Shown here piece after piece: positions 48,464-61,504 of a stretch of 64,000 nt of DNA (position 1 is its first letter; each line of letters opens with the position of its first letter). Below the pieces are notes generated by a model. That model was not told where the DNA came from. It ran no database searches and saw only the letters and a list, made by a program, of their open reading frames with translations. Origin of the DNA: Paraspadella gotoi (lineage: Eukaryota; Animalia; Chaetognatha); contig CM119270.1 in assembly GCA_051294375.1 (NCBI GenBank), positions 11,077,626 through 11,141,625 of the forward strand, read 5' to 3'. The translations under genes and the position numbers were made by a program.

Positions 48464-50395
48464 CTCTCCTCTTCTTCTCTCTCTCCTCGTCTCTCTCTCT
48501 CTCCCTCTTCTCTCTATCTCTCTCCTCTCTCCTCTCTCTCTCTCTCTCTCCTAGTCGCCGAAAATTTGCGCCTCTTTTTTCTGCTCGCGTCTTCATTTTA
48601 AATCCAAATGGATTTGATCCTTCTTGGAACTTGTAACCCAAATTAACGGGGAATGAAGCCGGGGCGGGGGGGGCGGAGGGGAAAGAGGAGAAGGGGGAGG
48701 GGGAAGAAATANNNNNNNNNNNNNNNNNNNNNNNNNNNNNNNNNNNNNNNNNNNNNNNNNNNNNNNNNNNNNNNNNNNGAGGAAGGGTGGGAGAAGAAGA
48801 GGAGTGTAAGTTGTGGGGGCAAATTCCGGATGCGGTCGTCGAGAGTCTTTGCCAAATAAAGTTTCCACATTTTTTTACTTTTTCTTATTTATTTCGTTGT
48901 TGCGATTTTTTACTTTGTTTTTGCTCAGTGACGTGTTCGCTTTTTATTATCATCTTATTCGTTTTTATTTCTATGTTTTTTTTTGTTGCAAATCTAAAAT
49001 GAACGCATTTAACAAATTTTTACCATTCTATAATTTCGAACAAAATTAATGAGCCACTAAAATTTTCTTGTATTTTTTTTACTAGCTAAAAAAACAAAAA
49101 AGATATTAAAATGAATTGTACATTGTACAACGAGAGACAGAGAGAAAGAGAAAAAGAAAGAGACTAAAAGAGAAAGAGAGCGAAAGAGGGAGAGGGCGAT
49201 GGAGCGCTTGAGCGGAGGGAAGCAATCATTTAGCACCGTTCAGTGGTGCGCGAGTCTACAGTGTTCGAAGACACGTGTCTCCATTCATTCCGATTCAATT
49301 TACACTGAAAAGGGGAGACTAATCGCGGGGAAGGCGACCCGCGCCGTGGATGGGGGGGGGGGAGTGAGAGGTGAGCGACGTCGTTAACGGGAGGGTGGAG
49401 GGTGGTTTTTAGGGTGGAAAGTGTGGTGGATTTTATGGGGAAGGTTTTGAAGGGAAGGCGGATTTGCGTTGATGAAAAATGGGGGTGATAACAACAAGGA
49501 CGACAACGACAACAACAGATTTAGACAGGAAGGTTTGGAAGGTATACAGGTTTTTGAGACGAAGTCAAAGAAGCTTAGGAAGTGAGGAAAATTAAATTGT
49601 AAGTGGAGGATGTATCTTGTATATTAAAATCGAAATTACTGAAGGAGAAAGAGTTAGACCAAACAAGAGTTTAATTTTGATAACAATATACTGATTAATA
49701 AGAATGATTATCAAAAAGGAACAGTGTAGAAATAAAGAAAAAGTGAAAAANNNNNNNNNNNNNNNNNNNNNNNNNNNNNNNNNNNNNNNNNNNNNNNNNN
49801 NNNNNNNNNNNNNNNNNNNNNNNNNNNNNNNNNNNNNNNNNNNNNNNNNNNNNNNNNNNNNNNNAGAGAGAGAGAGAGAGAGAGAGAGTGGCGGAGGAAG
49901 CGGCTGGAATTTTTACGATTTCCTCTTGGTTTTAAATTAGAAGGACGAGGGAGGCCTTTTGTAGAGGACATCGGACTCGGGTCTGAAGGTGGTTCGGGGT
50001 TTGGGTCTTGAGTTGGTTTTGGGGGTTTAGGTCTCGAGGTTGGAGTTTTGAGGTTGATTCGGAGTTTGAGTCTTTAACTGTTTGAACTCGTCGTATATAA
50101 AATGAAATAAAATCACTTAAATTATTAATTTTAGGTTATTAATATTAGTAGATTTCAAAGTATTCGTGTTTCATTCAAACTTGGCGATCCTTTATCTCGT
50201 GATCACAGTTTTTTTTCTGTGGTAAAAAAACAAAAAAGAAAGAAGGAAAGCAAATATCGCGAGAGGGAGTCTACTTTCTGGACGAAGGAAAAAAAATTTT
50301 GGTCGAACTTGAAAGGCAGCTCTTCGAAGAAAGGGAACCTAATTTAGAATAAGAGAGACAAGACGTTCAGATCCATGGAGCTAAATGGACATGGA

Positions 50396-50465
<70 letters not shown>

Positions 50466-50794
50466 CTGGGAGAGAAAGAAGGAGGATCAACGACTTTATG
50501 TTTTGATGACCTCTTGATCGCGAACAGAAGTTTAAGACGGAAAAGGAAAAGGGGCAGAGCTCCTCGGAGGCAGAGGAAAGGGAGGAGAGAGAGAAAGAGA
50601 GAGAACTAGAGATAGAAAGATAGTGAGATGGGGGCGTAAAAAATTAGCAGTCGGCTCAAGAAACCGCGGAGCTGCCTCGCGGTTGGGAGGAATATAAAAA
50701 CGGACTTTTGAGAAAAGTTAAGCGCGTCGTTTATTTTTCTCTTCGACTATTATTGATTACGTGAAGAAGAACGAGATAGAGAATGTAATAGAGA

Positions 50795-50827
<33 letters not shown>

Positions 50828-52577
50828 TCGGCGTCTATCAATCAACGCAGAATCGCGCTTCCTCCATAAAATCGAGCGCCAGATTCTTACAATAGACGGC
50901 GCTGATCCCAGCGCCGCGGTTGATGGATCGGGAAAACCGACAAAAGGACAATGGCACCTGAGNNNNNNNNNNNNNNNNNNNNNNNNNNNNNNNNNNNNNN
51001 NNNNNNNNNNNNNNNNNNNNNNNNNNNNNNNNNNNNNNNNNNNNNNNNNNNNNNNNNNNNNNNNNNNNNNNNNNNNNNNNNNNNNNNNNNNNNNNNNNNN
51101 NNNNNNNNNNNNNNNNNNNNNNNNNNNNNNNNNNNNNNNNNNNNNNNNNNNNNNNNNNNNNNNNNNNNNNNNNNNNNNNNNNNNNNNNNNNNNNNNNNNN
51201 NNNNNNNNNNNNNNNNNNNNNNNNNNNNNNNNNNNNNNNNNNNNNNNNNNNNNNNNNNNNNNNNNNNNNNNNNNNNNNNNNNNNNNNNNNNNNNNNNNNN
51301 NNNNNNNNNNNNNNNNNNNNNNNNNNNNNNNNNNNNNNNNNNNNNNNNNNNNNNNNNNNNNNNNNNNNNNNNNNNNNNNNNNNNNNNNNNNNNNNNNNNN
51401 NNNNNNNNNNNNNNNNNNNNNNNNNNNNNNNNNNNNNNNNNNNNNNNNNNNNNNNNNNNNNNNNNNNNNNNNNNNNNNNNNNNNNNNNNNNNNNNNNNNN
51501 NNNNNNNNNNNNNNNNNNNNNNNNNNNNNNNNNNNNNNNNNNNNNNNNNNNNNNNNNNNNNNNNNNNNNNNNNNNNNNNNNNNNNNNNNNNNNNNNNNNN
51601 NNNNNNNNNNNNNNNNNNNNNNNNNNNNNNNNNNNNNNNNNGCGTCGGGTTTGATCTTATTAACGCCGTCGAAATCAACCTCGTTTTTTTTGGGAGACAA
51701 ACAGTAACATTTATCTCGACACTATCAATTTAGTTTCTTAGTAAAAAATATTAAGTAATATATCCATAGGAGTAAGACAATTTATTTTGCGTTTTTTTTT
51801 TTAAATTACAATAGATTTTCTCATTTTTTTAAAATCACTACACTACATTTTATACTTTATCAAATTTCTTAATTTCTCAACTTTTTAAACTTTCATTTTC
51901 CCTAACCCACTTCTTTCTATATCTATCAACCTGCGTCGGAGTTCTTTGCTTTTTCTATTTTCCTTTTCAATATTCCTCTTCTTCTCTCCTCTTTCCCCTC
52001 CTTTGCATCCTCCTTTTTCTCCTCTTTTCCCCATTCCCTCCGACCCTCCCCCCCGACCCCTCCCTCCACTGGCTCAAAGGGTCGTAACTTCATTGCCGTC
52101 CTGGTTTTCTTTTCTTTGCTTGACCACCGGTTATTGGTTCTTGCTCCGTCGAGGCTCCTTTCCTTCCTTCCGCCGGATTTCCTTCGCTCCCGAATCCGAA
52201 AGTTGTTGTTGTTGTTGTTGTTGTTGTCGTCGTTGTCGTGATTGCGGACGGGATGGCGTCATCTTCGACGCTTTCGTCATCTGTCTTTTTGATTTTCTTT
52301 TTCTTTCTTTCCCGTTCGCGTTCAGTTGTAGACTACTTGAAGATCAGCGTCCGCATTTTGTTTACCTTTGCGGCGGAAGAGAGAAAAACAGGCGGTTAAA
52401 ATGGCGAGGGCGTGGGTGGCAGCAGCGGTGGCGGCTGTGACGGCGGCAGCAATTGCGGCGTCAAAGGTGACGTCCTATTTTCCTTCATTTTACGGTCAGA
52501 GTTTTTTCCCCAGGCGAATCTAAAAAAGATCCTGAAAACCTTAGCCTGTCCAGAAGAGCAAGAGCATTTGACATTTT

Positions 52578-52615
<38 letters not shown>

Positions 52616-53331
52616 AAAAAAATCCTTTGTTTGCAACTCTGGTTTTTTACCTAAAATCATTTTTAATTTGAACCATCTTTCCTATTTATAATATGGTAGT
52701 GATAGTAACTATTTTTTAAAGTTGAACATCACTACACTGTATCTATTGCTAACCTATCTATATGTATGTAAATATTCTTCGTTTGACAGCAATATTTCTC
52801 TATTTTTTTTTCTATGTTTTCCTTTAGCTTTCCGACTTTTCAATCCTTCATTTATTCTTTAATCTTTAATTCCTTTTTATATTTCTCTTCCCTTCATATG
52901 TTCCTTCTAGTTGCATCAATTTCTCTCTCCCTTTCGCTTTCTCCTCCTTCACTTTCTCCTCTTCCTCATCTCANNNNNNNNNNNNNNNNNNNNNNNNNNN
53001 NNNNNNNNNNNNNNNNNNNNNNNNNNNNNNNNNNNNNNNNNNNNNNNNNNNNNNNNNNNNNNNNNNNNNNNNNNNNNNNNNGACGCGTTTAGTTTTTCGG
53101 TTTTCCGCCTCGTTGACTCCCACGGGGGGATGCGCCGTCGCCAACGACGCTGACGACGCCGACGACGCCAGCGACGATGACGACGACGATGCCGACGACG
53201 CCGGCGACGACGACGACGACAAGGCAAACGACGCCGAGAGCGACGACATATTTTCCTTTTGCGCCACAGATTTTCTATACCTTTTTATCTGGTTTTCCGA
53301 AAGATTTGTCATAAAAAGTGTTTATCCTTAG

Positions 53332-53462
<131 letters not shown>

Positions 53463-54575
53463 TGGCGTCGGGTGGAAAAAGAAGTGGTAGAGTTGTGGAG
53501 TGGAAGGTAGGTGAGAGTGAAGAGGACGGGTAGGGTGAGGGAAAACCATCGTGGGGTGAGGGGGATGATAACGCGCATGAGATAATTTGATGCAAATCGC
53601 GTCGGCATCACCCGGTCGCCTACACAACAGGGGCGCGACTTTTTTTTCTTGTATCGCAGACACCGCGGTTATGTATGTACTGAAGGAGATGCTGAAACTA
53701 CTGAGGGCGGTACTGTTTAGTATAATAAGAGTGCTCCTTCGTTCGAAATGTTTAAGAAGGTGCGTAACTGCATACTTTAGTGATATTCAAAATGCTTTAT
53801 AATAATAGTTCTAAGGTAAATTATAATTTTATATAATATGATTTTAATTAAATTAAATTTTAAAACAATCACTGTTGTTCTATCTTTTTAAGAACTGAAA
53901 ATTAATGCCCTAAAAGCCTTTCTATGTATTTTCGTATATTTTTTTGGCATATGAAGCAGCTTTCTCTTTGTTCTTTATCCTTCACATTTTGTTTCATCAG
54001 AGAGAGAGGGAGAAGGAGACTCATAGGAGAAGAGATGGCGCGTCCGACGTGTACCACCTGGATTGTGAGAAGAGAGAGAGAGTAGAGAGAGAGAGAGGAG
54101 AGAGAGAGAAGAGAGAGAGGAGAGAGACGAGAGAGAGAGAGAGAGAGGAGAGAGAAGGAAAATGNNNNNNNNNNNNNNNNNNNNNNNNNNNNNNNNNNNN
54201 NNNNNNNNNNNNNNNNNNNNNNNNNNNNNNNNNAAGAATGAAAGAGAGAGCGAGTCAGCGAGACTGTTCTGCTCATCTGCTTCTAATAAAACTAAATCGA
54301 GCGTACGGTCCCATCAAAAGGAGCAAGAGGGAGGAAGAGAAAAGAAGGGGATGAAGGAGGAACGGATGAGGAGGTGGAAAGTGAGAAAGCAAAGGAAGCG
54401 GAAAAAGGAGGAAAGAAAACAAAGGAAGGAAAAAGAGAAGGGAGGCGTGAGCAAAAGTGGGAAAGGGAATTAGGAAAAGGCGAAAGGCAAACATATGTAA
54501 TGAGAAATGAGATGAAAAGAAACAATGAAATAAAGGTATTAAGAAAACTATCAACACAGAAAGTGTAAAATAAAC

Positions 54576-55262
54576 TTTTTGTCATATATAACTCTCTTAA
54601 AAATATAGTAAAATATTTAATCTTGTATTTTTAATTCACAATCATTAAAATATTTTACTTTGAATGTATTTGCCTTCTTTTCATTAAAATAAAAATTATG
54701 GAGGATGTATGATGTATATGAAATTGGTACAACCAATATAATAATTATCCATTCATTTAATAAATAAGCTATCTTGCCCCTGACTTTGGACAGGCTTTGG
54801 TGGTTTAAGGCCTCCATCACTCTTACAAGATAATGACATAGCAGGTATGATGATGTAGCATGTATGATATATTTGTATATTAACAAAGTAAAAAAATATC
54901 TACATACTTTTTTAAAAGAAAATTAAAACAAATAAATTATCAAAAAACTNNNNNNNNNNTTTTGTCATTAAAACGAATAAGTTAAAAATGTTTTTTCGTA
55001 AAAAAGTTATTACTTTATAACTTTACATTCTGATATTCCATATAATTCTCTTTAAATTATAGTAAAATATTTAATCTTGTATTTTTAATTCACAATCATT
55101 AAAATATTTTACTTTGAATATATTTGCCTTCTTTTCATGAAAATAAAAATTATGGAGGATGTATGATGTATATGTATGATATATTTGTATATTAACAAAG
55201 TAAAAAAATATCTTCATATTTTTTTAAAAGAAAATTAAAACAAACAAATTATCAAAAAACTA
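54576..55262 (+). repeat. Tandem duplication with reciprocal indels across an 11-N gap
   Basis: 'tatagtaaaatatttaatcttgtatttttaattcacaatc...attatcaaaaaact' occurs twice. Copy 1 has an extra ~140 bp (54721-54860); copy 2 has an extra ~75 bp (~54969-55040). Confidence 0.8.
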
Positions 55263-55760
55263 AACTCTCAAAGGTTTGGATTTCCNNNNNNNNNNNNNNN
55301 NNNNNNNNNNNNNNNNNNNNNNNNNNNNNNNNNNNNNNNNNNNNNNNNNNNNNNNNNNNNNNNNNNNNNNNNNNNNNNNNNNNNNNNNNNNNNNNNNNNN
55401 NNNNNNNNNNNNNNNNNNNNNNNNNNNNNNNNNNNNNNNNNNNNNNNNNNNNNNNNNNNNNNNNNNNNNNNNNNNNNNNNNNNNNNNNNNNNNNNNNNNN
55501 NNNNNNNNNNNNNNNNNNNNNNNNNNNNNNNNNNNNNNNNNNNNNNNNNNNNATCCTATTTTGTAATACGAGAAGCGAATTTTAAAAATTTGGAGAAAAT
55601 GATTTCTGTCTGTGTCATCTGCCAAATCCACCACATAATCCTCAAAGCCACGCCCATCTCAACCTCGACCTCCACTTCCCCTCTTCCTCTGCATTCGAAT
55701 AATCTGCTATTTCCGCCTCCTGGCGGTTATCGCGCCCATAAAAGCCCGTGAAATCGGGGG

Positions 55761-55879
<119 letters not shown>

Positions 55880-56584
55880 GGAGACATTCAGAGAAAAGTG
55901 TTTTGCAGAAGGAAGGAACGAACTTCTTAAAAAGGAGTGTAGTTATTTTTTGATTCTGGGTTGATTGCTAAAAGAGCAAATTCGTCCTAATGTAAACTGT
56001 GAGTAAAAGACGCATAGCCGATCTTTCTTAGCGCGACTTAAAATGAAAATTAAAGCAAGAACGCTGACGCTTGTCAAGGCCACCTTTGCCATTGTCGAAA
56101 ATATATTCCTTTGCTTAAAAACGACGCAAACGTTACTTCAAAGTCAGATTCGAAACCTCTTTCCTCGGTGGGCGAAGCGAAAAACTAATAAACAAGCAAA
56201 TCCACAACCCTCGTTCCTCCCAAGCTCAGTCCCGATCTTTTTCATTTACCTCCGCAATTTTGGAGAGAGAGAGAGAGAAAGACCGCCGCGCCTTGAAAAG
56301 GCAGCCAAGGCCCAAACATTATTTCTCAATTTGCGATGTGATGTGGGGGAGAAATGTATGGGGGAGAGAGGAGGTTTGAGTCAAAAGGAAGGACACCTCT
56401 TTTTTTCCTCTCTCTCTCGTCTCCGTGCGTCTATCCTCGCTCTCTCTCATACTCGTGCTCTCTCCTTCACCTTCTCTTACGTCTCTCTCTCTCTCCTCTC
56501 TCTCTCATCTCTCTCTCGTTTAANNNNNNNNNNNNNNNNNNNNNNNNNTCTCTCTCTCTAACGCGTGCGTTTAGCGATCGCGAT

Positions 56585-57290
56585 TCCTCCATGTTTAATT
56601 TCGAACTTTGTTCGTTTTTTTTCGAAGATTTACGAGAGATGAGAGAAAGAGAAACAGAAGGGAGGAGAGTCAGGAAAATGGCTGAACTCCACGGGAAGAA
56701 GGAACAGGGAAAATAAAGGAACGGGAAAAAGTGAGGAAGAAAAGGAGGAAATTATCCTGAGTGAGGGAAGAAAGGAAAAAAACTGTGAAGTGACAGAAAT
56801 GGCTGGAGTCATGGCGAGACGACGCTTCGCACGCGGGCGCCCTATTTGACACGACTTCGTCATTATTTCCCTCATTTTCCTCCATTGTTTCAATTCTCCG
56901 CGGAAACTTTGTTCTGTTTTTTTTTCGACAAGATTTTCAGCGCACGAGGAGATGAGCCGACAGAACAGAGAAAAGCAGAGAGACAAACAGAAGCGGGCAG
57001 GAGAGCCGTGCAGGAAAATGGACCGCCCTGAACTCCACGGCAGAAGACAGGCAACAGGGAACAATAACAGGGAACGGGGAAAAGTTGAGGAAGAAAAGGA
57101 GGACAATTACCTGACCCCCCAAACTCTCGGCCGTCACCGTTGCCTTCAGCGTACAGTGAGGGAAGAAAGGAAAAAAAACATCGTCTGTGAAGGCTGACAG
57201 AAATGGCTTGGACGTCATGCCGCGAGACGACGCTTCGCACGGCCGGGCGGCCCTATTTTGACACGACTTCGTTCATGTCTATTCCCTCTT
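56585..57290 (+). repeat. Tandem duplicate (~56585-56878 / ~56879-57290) between two 25-N gaps
   Basis: 'ctgaactccacgg', 'gagacgacgcttcgcacg' and 'tttgacacgacttcgt' occur twice; the first copy is systematically depleted of C. Confidence 0.8.
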
Positions 57291-60200
57291 TTCTCTCGTC
57301 TCTCTCTCTCTCTCTCCTCTCTCTCTTCTCTCCTCTCTCTCTCTCTCACTTCTCTCTCTCTCTCTCTCCTCTTATNNNNNNNNNNNNNNNNNNNNNNNNN
57401 CTCTCTCTCTCTTGCTCACCTTTCGCCTCTTCCCTCCTCTTAACATCCCATTCGGTCTTCCTAACCAGCGTTAAGCTCGACCTCTGACCCGAAATTCGGG
57501 ATTTGGTCCACTCCTTTCGCTCGCGCATATTATCACTTCTGCACCTGCTTGCCCTCGCATCTCGGCTCCATGCATCTCCTTGCAAGTTAGTCTTGCTCAT
57601 TTCCATTTTAGGTACTTCTCCAATTCAAACTTAGCATTTCATTCGCCACTTATTACCCTTGCAACTAAATCTCTTTGCATGATCGCCCTCATGTAAGTCA
57701 AAAGATCGACGCCCAATTCGCCTCCCTGGTGAATCGCGTTATTTTGGAACTCGCACCATGAAAAATGGCTCCATAGTTTATAATTAGAAAGTGTCCCCGG
57801 CGAATGATGAATGAGAAGAAATTTATATAAAACACACACTCAAAAAAAACCGAGAAAATAAATATGGGCGTTTTCTAAAGAAAAAAAAACCTCATGAAAG
57901 GAATAATCATGTAAAGCGGCACAAAAAAATAGTTGCCTAAAGGAGAAAGAGAAAAAGCTTGGTTGAAGGATGGGGGGCGTGTATGGAGGGAGAGTGAAGA
58001 GGTGGGGGGTAGGGGGGAGGTGAGTTGAGGAGTTGGCGACAGACAAACAAGAATCGCAAGAGGCATTAATCAAAATTAGCGGCTTTGTTTTTTTGGAGCT
58101 TTGGATTTTTTCTTCCGCCTCGCCGAGTTTTTTAAGGCACCTGCTTGACATTTTTGAGGATGAGGAATGGAGAGGGAAGGAGGGAGGAGAGAGAGAGAGA
58201 GAGAGAAAGAGAGAAAGAGAGAGAGAAATCAATTATAACTTGTACCATTAATTTTCGCTGTTGCTAAACACTCGCGGTTTTTGTTTGTTTGGGTGAAATT
58301 TAAAAAAAGTTTGAGTACAGATTTTTAAAATAAAATCATTTTTTCACGTCGAAGAAAACATANNNNNNNNNNNNNNNNNNNNNNNNNAAAGAAGAGAGAT
58401 TTGGATACTCTTGTAGCAGACGCCAAACAGTCCGCGTTATATAACGTAAGTCAAATGAATCGAGGTAATGTGGGAAAGACTTGAGCGGAAGCACGATTGT
58501 TTACACAACCGGTCTTAGCTATTAAACGGAATTCAGGCCGTTCGGGCGAGTGTTAAAGCGCTAATTAAATAATTAAAACTCAAAACGCTCACTACCTCAA
58601 CAATCTATCTCCTAACCGTAATTCCTTAACCCTTAATCACTAACCTAATCTCTAACGCCTAACTCTTAACTAATTCGTTACCCCCCTAACTTCTATAAAA
58701 ACCTAAAAATTAACTTAATTCCAAAAAACAAAAGAGTGAAATTAGCCAAATTTGAGATAATTTTTTAAAATTAATTTTTAAATAGATATACTATGCTATT
58801 TAAAAACAAAACCTTTTAGTAAAATCTACACAAATTTTAATAACATTAGTATTTAAAAAAAAACCTGGGAATCCCTGTGGCTTAAAGCAGGGGTAAAACC
58901 GAAAAAGAATAGTTTTATCGTTTACCGAGTTGGAATTCGCGAATTAAGTTATCTATATTCTATCGTTTTAAAATTAATTTTCCCTGAACAAATTTTTAGG
59001 TTCGCAATACGGCGAATTCAAGAGGAATGAAAAGACCTATCAACTCGTTAGCTGAAATTCATGATATGTTCTGCAACGGTATGGCCGCGCAAGAAATGAG
59101 AACAGTTTCTTGAAAGAATATCTTGACAGAATTTTACTGATTTTAGCTTTTCTTTTTTTGATTTTATCTGTCTTTTTAAAACCATAAATTTTAGAATTCT
59201 CCGAAACATTCTGATTGACTCTGGTTTGACCAGCGCCAACTATACGCTGCAAAGATTGCTTAACTCTTGTTGGCAGCATTCACACGCGACCTCTCTCTTC
59301 TTTCTCTCTCTCCTCTCTCTCTCACGTTTCTCTCTCTCTCTCATGATTTTCACACCACTACATCTGCTTCATCCTCCTCTTTATGTCCTTTCTTTCTTAC
59401 CGGAATAGCAATGAAACTTGAATTTATGATGAAAGGTTTTTAAAAGAAATAAACGCATTCTGCAGATATTATTGTATAGATTAATTTAAATAAAAGCCTT
59501 AGTAAATTAGTAATTAATTCTTTTAAAAAAAATTACAGGAAAAAAATATAGAAAAGAAGAAATCCTGAAAAAAAAATCTGAAAATTTTAAAAAAAACGGT
59601 AAGAAGAATTTTCGGAAATGCTTTTTTGTTTTACTGATTGCGAAAAGAATTTACCACCGTTTTATGCGTGATGCAATACATTGGTATTTAAAAAAGAACT
59701 GGGAATCCTGTGGGCTAAAGCAGATGAAAAATAGCAACGCGTTGAAATCCTGTGGAACAGAAACAGTGAAAACAATTCAGTTGAAAGAAAAATATAAACA
59801 TCGGCGCTTTGAATAACACCGGAACTATGGGGGGTTATAAAAATTACTAGTGGTGAGAGAAAAAAGAAATCACTGTGGCGGGAGGAAAAAGAATCCTGCA
59901 AGAAAACCAACTTAAATGAACATCAGTGGAAAAGAAAGAAGTCGATGCGGAAGAATAAATGAAGATCCTACAGGCTGCAGCCAGAAACCAAGGCTGGCTC
60001 ATTCTCCTCGCTCTCAGCTCTCTCTCTCTCTCTCGATCATCTCATCTTCTCTCCTCACCGATACCTTATCTTACTCTGTCTTCTGCTCATCTGCATTATT
60101 ATCGTCTCTCTCTCTCTTTCTCTTTCTCTCGCAAAATGCCTACTGCTTACTCTTCACTAGGCGGCCGGATGCGATTTCCGAGTTAGGCCTTGCCTGTCTG

Positions 60201-60603
60201 TGATTCCTGTACCGTTCCAATGTACTGAGTTAAAATATGTATATGGAAAAGGATTTTACTTTTTTTTTTAAATGTAAAGCGTAATATATTGAATATTTTA
60301 AACGTTTTAAAGTTTAAACCGCACTACAATATGCAAATAGAAGATTAAAGGACAAATGATTTTCTCATAATAAATTGAAATATTGGTCAAAATAAATTAA
60401 AATGCCTGCGCATTGTCTTATCTCAACAGTAATATTTAATTTGTAACATAACAGTTTAGTAACTCTTAAAATTTATATATTTTTGGAAAAGATATAAATA
60501 ACAAATATTAATATATTATAATAACGATTCCGTTCTCCATCAATATGATTAGTATTTACAAAGAATTTTTGAATTGTTGCAACAAATTTTATTATATAGA
60601 AAT

Positions 60604-60651
60604 GCAGACATGGTTTCGACTCTGAGAATTATTCGAGTCTCCAATCAGCGC
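60604..60651 (-). ncRNA. Inverted copy of the hammerhead motif (core altered)
   Basis: Minus strand gcg-CTGAttgga-gactc(loop)gagtc-GAAAC-catg-TC-tgc; stem II is perfect but the CUGAUGA core is imperfect. Confidence 0.55.
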
Positions 60652-60874
60652 TTATTGACAGTTGTGAATAATGGTTTACATAGATTGAATAAGTTGGGAA
60701 AAGAAAAGTGAAATTTGGTGAAGGGTTAGAGAGAGAGAGAGAGAGTTTCTTTTAATTTTATATTTGTTGTAAACATTGCTCAAAATGTAATTGTTTATAT
60801 TCTCTCTCTCTCTCGTCTCTTTTCCTTTCTTTAAACTCATCAAATGTCGCGCATTATTCACAACTGTCCATGAA

Positions 60875-60921
60875 GCGCTGATGAAGACTCGAAAAATCTC
60901 AGAATCGAAAAACATGTCTGC
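60875..60921 (+). ncRNA. Minimal type I hammerhead ribozyme motif
   Basis: gcg-CTGATGA-a-gactc(loop)gaatc-GAAA-aac-atg-TC-tgc. Stem I is gcg/tgc, the stem III region contains palindromic ACATGT, and cleavage is predicted after C60918. There is one stem II mismatch, and the extra A's may be read errors. Confidence 0.7.
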
Positions 60922-61504
60922 AAACCTTAATCATAATAAAGATCGTTGTTAACAATTCAAGAATTCTTTGTAAAATCTCTATTTACGCAACAACGAAACG
61001 AAAGGAATATGATTAGTATCGAAAATTATATAAAGGAATTTAAAGTATTTATTCAATCACGTCTTCAGGAAAAAAAAATATTGTTATTAAAATTATTAGC
61101 GAGCAGATCTGAGAAGATTCAAATATAAATAAACTAAGAAATAATAAATGAAAATAGTGAATAAACGGAAAAATGTTTTTATTAGAGAATGTTTTAGGCG
61201 ACATCCAAGAGTGGTAAATACAAAAGCCTCTTCACGCTTTTTTATAATTAGAAAATGACCGTGAGGTGACCAGTTAAAAACTTTGAACGATATATCGATG
61301 GTAAGAGAGAGAGAATATAATAATATGCTGGCCAACATTCATCGGTGTGGTGTCGTCCACAATAGTAAATAGTTTTTACTAAAAAAATGGTATTGTACAA
61401 AGAATATGCCCACCGTAAAAAACTATGCAACCCGTCTCGTGGCTTCCGCTGTTCAAAACAAATATTGTTTTTTCTCTCTTAAAAAAATTTCGTCAAATGG
61501 ACCT

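Larger units (their letters stand above)
60556..61005 (+). mobile_element. Short Penelope-like (PLE) insertion 1: inverted pseudo-LTR (pLTR) arms with hammerhead motif, 3' tail and TSD
   Basis: Arms 60556-60673 (-) and 60852-60974 (+) each contain a hammerhead motif. AATAAA at 60935-60940, a ~30-nt unpaired tail at 60975-61005, and a 14-bp TSD AATATGATTAGTAT at 60542-60555 and 61006-61019. Confidence 0.78.

Noticed and set aside
53113-53331. Asp-rich ORF
   Set aside because: Degenerate (GAC/GCC)n trinucleotide tract next to a gap; no domain or splice support.
56585-57290. Biological C-depleted tandem copy (e.g. editing or deamination)
   Set aside because: The Cs are deleted rather than substituted and the segment lies between two 25-N gaps; best explained as raw-read error.
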